This document shows positions 1 to 10,729 of a stretch of DNA of 64,000 bases, one piece after another. The first letter of the stretch is position 1. Each line of letters begins with the position of its first letter. The position numbers and the translations under genes are program-made. Where the stretch lies: NCBI RefSeq assembly GCF_020745735.1, contig NC_083409.1:11224820-11288819 (forward strand). The letters run 5' to 3'. The notes under the pieces were generated by a model. The model ran no database searches, was not told the origin of the DNA, and worked only from the letters and a program-made list of their open reading frames with translations. The stretch is from Hemiscyllium ocellatum. Lineage: Eukaryota.

Positions 1-229
1 AATGTGGGGACAGAATTGCACACGGGCTGTGATAGCTCCTGCGGTTGAATATCCTGCTGGCAGGCTTCCGGCCTTCCATATACAAAATGGGGAAGTGGGG
101 GAGGTCGGAATGTACTGCCGGGGTACACGCACTGTCTCTAGCAATGTGTTGACTCTCTAGTGCCCTCTGAAATGGCCGCGCAAGGCTCTCAGTTGTATCA
201 ATTATGACAATGTTCCAACAAAGAAATGA

Positions 230-1780
230 GACCGGACGGACCACAGGCATCGACTAGACACCGAAAAGACAATGACAGAAAACAGCCCTGTCTACCTGCT
301 CATCCTCCTTACTGACATCTGGAGCTAGTGCCAAATTCAGGAAAGCTGTCTCAAGATGACTCAAGCAACAGCCTGACACTGTCATACTCACAGAACATAA
401 GACAATGTCCCAGACACTGCCATCACTGTCCCTGCATGTGTCCTGTCCCACCAGAAAGGCAGACCCAGCAGAGCTGATGACACAGTGGTTCTACAGCCAG
501 AAGGGAGTTACCCTGGAAGTCTCAAAGTTGGCTCTGGACCTCATGACACCAGGTTAAACATGGGCGTGGAAACCTCCTGGTGATTACAAGGTATCTTGCT
601 CCCTCAGCATTGATCAGTCTCTCCTGGAAGTTGAACAACATTTAGAGGAAGCACTGAGGGTGATGACAGCAGAGAGTGTACTCTGGATGGGGGGTTTCAA
701 TGTCCACCACTGAGAGTGGCTCGGCAGCAGCATTACTGATCGAGCTGGTTGGTCCTCATGGATGTAGCTGAGGGACTGGCTGTGCAGCGGAACCAAAAAG
801 ATGGATAAAGATGCTTGACCCCATCCTCACCAATCATGTGGCTGTAGGTGCATCTTTCCTTGACAGTATTGGTAAGAGTGACCAGCACACAGTCCTTGTG
901 AAACAAATGTCTGACCTTCACATTGAGAATCCCCTCCATTTGTGTTGTGTGTACTATCACCGTGCTAAATAGACAGACTCCGAACAGATATTGCAATCAG
1001 GCAAACTTGTAAATGGGGATGATTGCCAAAGATTGCATAATGCTCAGCACTCTTCTCAACCCACAGATACTGAAGCAGTCCACATGCAAATGCACATATC
1101 TGGACAATATCCAGGTTTTGTCTGAGAAGTGACATTTCCCATTGGTGCCATGCAAATGCCAGCCAATCAATCCATCACCAATAAGAGACAAACTTAACAT
1201 CGCCCCTTGACAATCATGCTATTTACCATCCACTGAATCCCACTATCAAATTCTTGAGGTCCATTGACCAGAAACACAACTGGATTCACCAAAGAAACAC
1301 AGTGGTTACAAGAGCAAGTTAGAGGCTAGGAATACTGCATCCAGTAATTCACCTCCTGATCCCCAAAGCCTGTCATCAATCAGAAGTGTGAGCAAATACT
1401 CCCCACTTGCCTGGACAGGTGCAGCTCCAACAACATTCATAGATTGATAGTGTCACTGAGTCATACAGCACAGAAACAACCCTTAAGGCCAAACTTCTAC
1501 ATGCTGACCAGGTTTTCTGAAGTGAAATCATCTTATTTGCCTGCATTTCACACATATCCTTGAAACCTTTCCTATCTATGTCGATTGTATCCTATGTCTT
1601 TCTTATCCACTCAAAAAGCTTGATACCATCCAGAGCAAAGCAAACTCCTTGATTTGGCATCACATTCTCAAAACATCCAAACTCATCACCGTCACTGACA
1701 TCCATAGCAGCAGTGTGTATTATTGATAAAGATGCACTGCAGAAATTCATCACTGATTTCAGATAGCCCCTTCCAAACCA
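230..1780 (+). mobile_element. Decayed APE-type non-LTR element (non-CR1 family), internally deleted
   Basis: Remnants of ILTE, HRQDRPSR and WMGGFNVHH.EWLGS, plus a 3' region CCAGAGCAAAGCA...AGATGCACTGCAG also seen at ~44880-45130 and ~57040-57290. Clade not determined. Confidence 0.65.
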
Positions 1781-1784
1781 TGGA

Positions 1785-1940
1785 CAAAAATAGAAATTGC
1801 AGGAAAGCTTAGCAGGTCTGGCAGCATCTTGGAGAGAAATCAGAATTTACATTTCGGGTTAGCATGAAATATTAACTCTGATTTCTCTTCACAGATGCTG
1901 CAGACCTGCTGAGCTTTTCCAGCACTTTCTATTTTTGTCT
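1785..1940. repeat. Palindromic Penelope-derived hairpin repeat
   Basis: Arms GAAAGCTTAGCAGGTCTGGCAGCATC and GATGCTGCAGACCTGCTGAGCTTTTC are near reverse complements. Related pieces lie at 11346, 12440, 48770, 53455 and 57850. Confidence 0.75.
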
Positions 1941-2529
1941 CAGATTTACAGCATCTGCAGTTCTTTTGGTTTCCCTCCAAACCCACGTTCACTTCCATTA
2001 GAACAAGAGCAGCAGATACATGGAACACTGTGAATGCAAGTTCCCCTCGAAAAAGCTTAGCATCCGGACTTGGAAATATGTCGCTGATTCCCTCAGACTT
2101 GCCTGGTGTTAAAATGCTGGCATTCTCTCCCCAACAGCATTGTGGGTCAACTTACGTCTTGTGACTATAGTCAAAAAGTCAGGTTCCCACCGCCTTCTCC
2201 AGGGCAACTAGCCAGGGTATAAAATTTGGCCCACCGGTGAAGCCCATTCCCACAAGTGAATATGCAAAACCAAATGAAGTGTTCCTCAGGAGGGGAGAGG
2301 GAATGTTCAGGATCCTGAACTCATTTCCCAGCCCAGGCAGTTTTGTCTCCCATGAATGAATGAGATGCAATTTGAAGCCCAGGTTCAGGGCAGTCTCACT
2401 CTGTGGACATGAGGTCTATAAGAGAGAATTGGAGATTGAGCTGTAAAGGAAAGATTTGCTGTTATGGGGAGAGAGAGGGGAGCAGTGGGATTTACTGGGT
2501 CATTCAAAGGCATGATGGGCTGAATTGCC

Positions 2530-3470
2530 TCCTCCTGTGTTGTCAGATTCCAGGGAGTGCAGATAGTTTACAGTTTTCTCCCGTCTCAGTAACAAACACC
2601 CAGCTGCTCCGAGCTCCTTCTTTCACTTCCTCTCTTGGTGAAGTTTCAACCTTACGATCTGACAGTCTTTGCGTTTATTATTATTTTTTACACTGGGGCT
2701 TCCTACTGTGGTCAGAATCTCTAATAATAAGTGTCCAATCAGTGACAATCACAGCAGCTAAGAGCAGTCAGGACTGAGGAGCCAGGCTCACTGGGAAACA
2801 CATTGGCAGAATCAAAGCCATCCTCTTCAGCTCCTGATATAAGCTCCATCCCTCTCCCTGAGTACTATCTGCTGCTCAACCAGACTCTTCACAACTTTGG
2901 CCTCCTCTTTGGGGCTGATTTGAGGCCCAAATCCTACACATCACAATTATCAGCCACTGAAAATCTCAACCATGTTTTTGTGACCATTCCAATGTTGTCC
3001 AGGCCCACATCACAGCCACTGGCTTCCTTAAACATCAGCTCATCCCAAACTCTGCTGTCTGTGTTCAAACTCACACCAAGTCCACCCCATACCCCTGCCC
3101 ACGCCTCCCCACCCCACCATGACCATCACAATCCTCACTGACTGACATAAGCTCCTGGTCCAGCAACACCTCGATATTCAAATTCTCATCCTTGTTCTCA
3201 ATCTGCTCCCTGTTCTTCCACCCTCCCTATCTCTGTGACCTCCTCCAAGCTGCCTCACTCAGTGTGATCAATAATCTTGGATATATGGCCCTCTGTTTCT
3301 TCATCCAAGTCATTGAGAAATATCGTGAAAAGCTGAGGTCCCAGCACAGATCCCTGGGAATACCACTACTCACATCTGGCTCATTGGAACACATGCACAT
3401 TATCCTTCCTCTCTGTCTCCTAGACAGACCCATTCCTGACCCAAGGCAAATGCATTTCTCAAATTCCATC
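2530..3470 (-). repeat. Inverted segmental duplicate of 26810-27712
   Basis: The reverse complement matches 26810-27712 across a unique block, an L2 fragment and a CR1 fragment, including the junctions between them. That points to a duplication rather than independent insertions. Confidence 0.9.
2540..2810. promoter_or_regulatory. Second (inverted) copy of the candidate EICE/E-box/CCAAT block
   Basis: CAGCTG at 2601-2606, TTTCACTTCCTC at 2621-2632, GTCCAATCAG near 2733. Confidence 0.5.
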
Positions 3471-3999
3471 CAATTCCATGATTTGGAGATGCCGGTGTTG
3501 GACTGTCGTGTAAATGTTAAAAATCACAGAACACCAGCTTCTAATGCAACAGGTTTGTTTGGAAGCATTAGCGTTTGGAGCGCTGGTCCTTCATCAGATG
3601 GTTGTGGAGTGTAAGATCTGAATCAATGTTTCTTTTGTGGAACATTCTTAAATGTCTTTTGGAATTCCCTATTGACAATAGCCATCGACATTCCCTTATA
3701 TCCCACATTAGTGAGCTCCTAGCAAAGTGTAACCCGGTTAGTTAAAGATGTCTGAACCTTTGTCAATCCATGCTGATTCTCTCGGACCAGTTCATATTAT
3801 TCCGTTATTCTGTCTCTAAAAACAGACTCAATCACTTCCTGACAACAGACATTCAATGGAGATGTTCATTGTCATTGAGGCTCGTAAACAGCTAGCATTG
3901 ACACGAGGAGCTGAACAGCCTCCTCCTGTGCTGGCACCTCTCTGTCTCCTGGACGGAAATATTTTACAGATTAAAAACTAAAGACCAGCAGCAAATTTT

Positions 4000-6900
4000 A
4001 AAATATAAATTAAAATCTCCTCAAATAATTCCCACATACAGGGCCGGGCAATGTGTAGTAATTGCACGATGGGGAAGGTGGTGGAGCCCATTGTAGCTCA
4101 GAGTGACCACATCTACAGCAAGTGTTGGTTGCTCAAGGCACTCCAGCTCAGAGTTGATGAGCTGGAATCTGAGCTTCAAACACTGCGACACATCAGGAAG
4201 GGGAGAGTTACCTGGACACTGTGTTTGGGGAGACAGTCACACCTTGTAGGTTAAATACTTCAAATTATGGCCAGTGGTCAGGGACAGGAGGGTGTGACCA
4301 AAAGTGAACAGGCCGATGCAGCCTGGATTGGTCTGAATGGCCTGTTTCACACGGTATGGATTCTATGATTCGATGACTCCTACGGGCAGTCATTGCTGGC
4401 TTGGCCAGAGATGTCCATTTCCTATGAATGAACGAAGGAAACCACTGCACCATGGTCCAGGAGACCACTCAGATTGGGGGAGCATAAAGAAAAGAGGGGT
4501 CTTGATAATGAGGGGAACTGATAGCATCCTTTGTGAGCAGGATTGAGAGCCCCACATGGTGTGTTTCCTGCCTGGTTTCAAGGTAAGGGCATCTCGAGCT
4601 GGGCTTTTAAGTATAACAGACATGGGGGGGCGTGAGGGGGGTGCTGGGGGTTGGGGGAGGACACGATGTTGAGGATCCAGTTGTTGTTGTATGTGTTGGG
4701 ACCAACAACATCAACAAAAATCGGCAAAAGGTCCTATTTGGGCAATATCAGGAAAGCTATCAGAAGGATATTGATTAGACAGATGGAGAGAAATAAGAAA
4801 GAGGTGAATACAGCATCAGTGCTGAGGAACAGATTCCAGTGAATGGACCAAATACGAGTCCTACATACGAATGCACGGAGTGTAAGGAATAAATACAATA
4901 ATCTGCAGGCACAAATTCAAATTTAAGATTGTGGTATCGGATCAATTACTGAGCCATAGTTGCAGAATCATTCAGATTGGGAACGATATCTATCGGGTTA
5001 GAAGGTTCACAGGATGGATATAGGGAAATGTCAGAAGAGGTGGAGCAGCTTTATTGATGAGGGAAAAAATGGCTTCAATGGTGAGGGAGGTCATAATGAG
5101 GAGAAAACATTCAGTGGGACTGAGGAGCAGGAAAGGATCTAAAACTGTAGTAGATGTTGGATACAGACCCCCCTGACAGCAGCTCTGAGGTGCTGGATTA
5201 TATAAATGGAGGAACTAGACAAGTGTGTAGCAAAGCCAGTGTATTATTAATGGGGAAGTTTAACTTTAACTTAGATTGGGAGACAGACAAGCCCTCTGTC
5301 AGAAAGGTAGTGAATTGCTGCTGTGTGTCCAGAATAGTTTCCAACAGCAATAGGTCCTGGATACAACAAGGGGACAAGCAATATTGGAATTAGTAATGAA
5401 TAATGAGCCAGATTTAGTTCGTAACTATTTGTGCATGAACAATTATCAAATAGTGATCATAACATGATCGAGTTCAGTCTCGCATTTGAAAGTAAAAAGC
5501 ATGAATCAGCTGCTAGAATTTGAGATTAAGGTAAGGGTCGACTTTAATGAGATGTGACAGAGACTGTCCACAGTAAACTTGGAAAATCTGCTCATGGGTA
5601 AAACAACTGAAGAACAGTGGGGAATATTTAAAGGAACATTCAACACAAAACAAAGTCACTTTATACCTGAGAGGGAAAAGCGAACAAACAACAATGCTCA
5701 ATTAAAGAGATCAGGGAAAGAATAAAATGTTTGAAAAAGGCTGACAGAAAAGCAAAAAATAAGGACAAATTCCGCTGAATGGGAAGGATAAGGATACAAA
5801 AGGGCCCCATATCAGCTTCTAAGAGCTACCAAAAGGGATTCTGAAAGGAAACATGTAAGGGATAACAAAATCAATCAGGAGAAATGTTACAGTTCCATAA
5901 AAGGGAAGCTGGGAGGTCAGGAGCAATGTTGGCCATGAAAGACTGAAAGTGAGGGATATTGTCAGTGACAATGGGGAAATGACAGACATGTTAAATAAAT
6001 ACTTTACCTCAAGATTTGCAGTAGAAAAGGAAGAGGACTTGCCTGAAGTCCAAAAGGAATTAACAGAGGATCTGTGTCAGGGACTGATAAAATTCCCTGC
6101 AGTGTGCAAACATGCCTTTTGGCCCAACCAGTCCACACCGACCCTCCGAAGAGTAACCCACCCAGACCCATTTTCCCTCTGACTAATGCAATTAACATTA
6201 TGGGCAATTTAGTATGGCCAATTCACCTGACCTTTGGATAGTAGGAGGAAACCCATGCAGACAATGTGCAAACTCCACACAGGCAATTGCCCAAGGCTGG
6301 AATTGAACCTGGGACTCTGGTGCTGTGAGGCAGCATTGCTAACTACTGTGACACCTGAATAAAGTTAATGTCAATATAGCATGTGTAATAAGGAGAATAA
6401 TGGAACTAAAGAGTGACAAATCCTCAGGACCTGAGGGTGATAAAGTAATAATAGACCACATTGCAGATATCCTGACTATAATCTTTCAGAGTTACCTGGA
6501 TTCAGGAGTTGTACCTCTGAACTGGAAAATTGCAAATTTCATTTCACATTTAACAAGGATGTTAGAGAAAAGCCAGGGTTACTAAGCCAACGTTTGTGGT
6601 GTGGAAATTGTTGGAGTCTATAATCAAGGATGGGGGTAACTGATGACCTTGAAAATGGTTAGTTAATCAGGGAGAATCAGCATAGATTCATGACAAGTTG
6701 GTCATGGTGAAAAATCTCATTGAACATTTTTTAAGAGGAAACAAAATTACTGGACATAGTAATGTCAATGGATGTTGTTTATGGGGACTTCCAGAAGGCA
6801 TTTGATAAAATCCCATGTAAGAAACTGTCAACTCAGTTAGAAATCCACAGAATTGAGGCTAAAATACTGCCATACCGAAATTGGTTGAATGACAGGTGAC

Positions 6901-7130
6901 AGAAAATAGGGATCATGGCTAAGTGCTGAAATCGGCAGGATGTGACCAGTGGTGTTCAATAGGAATGTGTGTGCACACCTCAATTATTTACATTATTTAT
7001 TAATGCATTGGATAATGGCATAGAAAGTCAGATACTCTAGTTTGCTAATAACACAAAGTTAGACAGCTTTGTGGGTAGAGTTCACAGAGTAAGAGAGTCA
7101 GAATTCATCTAGTGCAATATTTAACTGAAT
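4000..7130 (+). mobile_element. Decayed near-full-length CR1 (ORF1 zinc-finger/coiled-coil/esterase + ORF2)
   Basis: CSNC...YSKC..L..LQLRVDELESELQTLRHI (4051-4254), GDS..RGTD esterase remnant, YTNARSVRNK, MGKFNF and GDFQKAFDKIP. Confidence 0.85.
6090..6352 (-). mobile_element. HE1-like SINE inserted in a CR1
   Basis: Same A-box, B-box and core as 48889-49197, more diverged. Confidence 0.8.
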
Positions 7131-7279
7131 ATAATTTATCTTTTACATAGAACTCCTTGACTCCATCTCACTTTCTCACTCTCTCTCCCCACCCCTCTCT
7201 CACTCAGCTGCCTAGATCTCACTCTGAGTTCCATCCCTCTTTCTCTGTCCAAGCTCTATCCCCTTCTCTTTTAGTGCTC

Positions 7280-7285
7280 CATCTC

Positions 7286-7333
<48 letters not shown>

Positions 7334-7335
7334 CC
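7280..7335. repeat. (TC)n/(TCTA) microsatellite
   Basis: Visible directly in the sequence. Confidence 0.95.
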
Positions 7336-8189
7336 TGTGCTCCATCTCTTGCTCTCTAAGCCGTATCCCACCCTCCATTTCAGCTGCTGGGAGTTCTATC
7401 TGAGCCAATGCCAGTGAATCCCATGGAGAATAATGACGGGATATTTGGAGTGTGAGTTTGATTATGTAAATGTGAACCATTGCAGCAAAGACATTACAGA
7501 TGGTTTGTACAGACAGCAAAGCCCAAACCAGAGCATTGTGTCAATCAACACAGAACTTATGAAAGCTTCAATAAAAACAATTATTAATGTGATTCTCAGA
7601 GATATCATTATTCTAGTTACAAATGGCTATTTCTCAATGAAGATCCATCCTGCTGAATATTAGATACAGCTGGGCTTTGAAGAAATATTGGGCAGATGGA
7701 GTGTAATGTGGGGGAGTGTGACCTTGTTCACTTTCACAATAATCATTCAAATGTGACTGGAGAGTTGTTAAGTCCACAGAGCAAAACTTGCCATTGGGTA
7801 TAATCCATTAGGTGTGATAAATACAGAAACTCGCTTAGTTCTAGTTATCAGTGAGTTCTTGTCAACATTCTTTTAACAAATCAATTTTATACAAGAATGA
7901 TATACTACAAACCCTCTCTATGCAACCTTCTCAGCTGGGAATAGGGAATGAATCTGGTTTTGTGACGAGACTCACATTCCTCGAGTCTACACAGAATTAA
8001 ATTGAACAGTTTGGTTCAGGAGCCAATACTACAGGAGAACTCCAATTACTCTGATATGGTTCAATCAGCTGATTCTCCAACATGGAAGCCCTCTGTTCCA
8101 TTGCCGGTTTCGGTTGGTTTTTGTTTTATTTTGTCTGAATTACCAAATTCATGTTATATTTGTTTCATGTGATAGATCTAAGTGTATCT

Positions 8190-8620
8190 ATACAAGTCCA
8201 CAAGATAAAGGAGCAGAATTGGGCCATTTGGCCCATCATGTCTGGTCATTTACAGTTGATAATGTTTCTCAGCCCCAATCTCTTCCCTTTTCCCTGTAAA
8301 TCTTGATCCCTTGACTAATCAAGAGCCAAACCATCTCTTTCTTAAATACACTCAATGAATTGGCCTCCTAGGCCCTCTGCAGTTCCACAGATTAATGACA
8401 CTCTGGCTGAAGAAATTACTTCTCAACTCAGTTCGAAAGATCGTCTCTTCACTCTGAGACTGTGCCCTCGGATCTCCAAATCTCCTATCATTAGAAACAT
8501 CTCCTCCATGTCCACTCTATCCAGGCTACCCTGTATTCTGTAAGTTTCAATGACATTCCCTCTCATCTTTCTAAACTCCATCAAGCACAGAACCAAAGTC
8601 CTCAACGACTCCTCATACAA
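8190..8620 (-). mobile_element. CR1 3' fragment
   Basis: EFRKMRGNVIETYRI...DRVDMEEMF...RGHSLRVK and the 3' stem-loop. Confidence 0.8.
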
Positions 8621-8639
8621 ACATCTTTGTATTGTCTGA

Positions 8640-10720
8640 GCAGCCTCACTAAATCTACCTGTTGATCTTTCTCCAGATACAAAAATACAGTATCTGAAGT
8701 CTCAAATGTCTCTGCATTTGTTCATCTAATAACAGGAAGATTCCTTTGGGAAGTGTCCAGGTCTTTTTTGATCTCAAGCTTTTTCTGATCCCCTCCTCTA
8801 TTATACTCACTACTTGACAAGCCTGTACATGACGGGATGGTTCCTCAAAAACTGGGAGAAGAATTAAGGATGCTGGTTTTGCATTGAGGTTTACCTATAA
8901 CTTGACAAGGAAGACATGTTTTATAAAACTGCACCACATCTTTATCCAATTGTGGCTCAGTAAAATACCTGTTTCTGGATGCCTGTGTTTTCCAAATCCC
9001 CATGTGACCTGCCATGGGAGTCTCATGTGCCCCTTGTACTATCTCCCTATGATAGCTGGGTGGGACCACTAGCCAATGTCTAACCGACCATTCTTCTGGG
9101 GGTCTATGAGGGGTCTCCACTTCCTCATCAGCGCTCCATTCTGAACATAATCAACACTCTGAAACCCTTCCAGCCTCGACCTCAGTATGAGCTGACTGTG
9201 CTCATTTATTTCATTCAGGATCTGCTTTTTGGATCTGCTGTAATTAGTGACATCATACTAACCACTCCACCTGGATTATCTTCACCCTTTCAGAACGTTT
9301 CAGCGATCCTTTCACTTGCTGTGGTGTCACATCAACCCTTATTGATGGATTTTGTTTAACCATTGCCCTGGTTACCTCACACGAAGGAGAGAGACCAGGA
9401 ACCTGTTCCTGTCATTGTTCTCTTTCTTGGCCCTCCTTTGGACATTTTTAATTATCGGGGAAGCTACTGCCTTTAGTCCTGACAAACCATTCCCCAGAAG
9501 GAAATCGACTCCCTCAACAGGGAATGTTTTCCCATTCCGACAATTACTTCTCCTGATAACAAATCACATTCCAGTTGTACTGTATACAATGGAAGTGGAA
9601 CATATTCTCCACTAATTCCACTGATTAATACCTTAGCTCTCATCGAGCTCTCTGGAGGGAATATCAATTCTTTCTCCAGTAAAAGTGACTGTGTTGCTCC
9701 TGTATCTCTCAGTTTGGTTCTGGGTTTAGCTGAAGAAAATGGAGTCACCATTCCTTTTGATAAAAGTCCTATCCACCTCTCATCTACCTGACAACTTCCT
9801 TTACTAATGACAGAATTCACCTCCGGCCTTTTTGTTATGATTACAGCTACAACCTGCTCCGTGGGATTATCTGTCTGTGTTCCCTTCTCTGACTCATTTT
9901 ACTAACTCCCATAAATCCCATGGGTTTGCCTCAACTTCCAACATTCCAAACATACATGGCCCACCTTATTCCAAGAGAAACATTTCAGCTTCTGATCATC
10001 ACTTCCACTCTCAGCAATTTCCTTCTTAATCTGAGGAGGAGTTCTCGGGCTGTTCCCTCCTGTCCATTCTCTCCCCTGGCTATCTACCTTCCTTAGACTC
10101 TCCCAATTTTTATTTTTCTCCCATTTCTGGGCCTGATGGGAAAAAGGTTCCTGGATCGGTCTCCCATCAGGTGACTTCTCCACCTCCTGATGCTGCTTGG
10201 CTTGTTGTGCTCTTCCAGCCTCCTGTTTGTCTACTTTGGATTCCAGCATCTGCAGGGTTTTGGCTTTAACAAAGTCTATGATCATTAGCCATTCTAGCTG
10301 CTTGTCTTACTGTCGTTCCCCTTTGGTCATCTACATGAATTCTGATTCTGGAAGGGAAGGAAGTTTTAAATTCTTCTCAAAGGATAACTTCTCTGAGAGC
10401 ATTGGAAGTATTCTCAGCTGTTAATGTTCTTATCCACCTGTCAACATTATTTTGTTGAACTCTCTTAAACTCAGTAGAGGTTTGTCCAGGCTGTTTGTGT
10501 AAGTTCTGAAACATCTGTCTGTATGTTTCTGGGGCCAACTCATATGTGCTTAGAATAGCCGTTTTCACCTCCTCATGATCCTGAGAACATTTCTCTGACA
10601 GGGATGTAGAAACCTCTTGTGCTTCCCAAGTTCATTTTTGCATGGACAAGGTCCAACCTGTTTTTCCCACCTCACTTGTGTTGCTATCTTCTGAAACAAC
10701 ATGAAAAATGCTTCCACGTC
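8640..10720 (-). mobile_element. Decayed Gypsy LTR retrotransposon, Gmr1-like order gag-PR-IN
   Basis: gag/SCAN-like YELAPETYRQMFQNLHK (10377-10568), zinc-knuckle remnant KCFSWNKVGHVCLEC (~10000), aspartyl protease RDTGATQSL (9473-9820) and integrase HHCC HETPMAGH...CLPCQ (8845-9120). Confidence 0.85.
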
Positions 10721-10729
10721 CTTCTCTTC

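Noticed and set aside
8116-8154. Perfect GGTTTTTGT nonamer
   Set aside because: No heptamer at 12 or 23 bp spacing, and it lies in retroelement-like sequence.
7740-8190. Possible LTR or 3' region of the Gypsy element (similar non-coding stretch at 28600-28810)
   Set aside because: No matching second LTR, PBS or PPT could be identified, so it was left uncalled.
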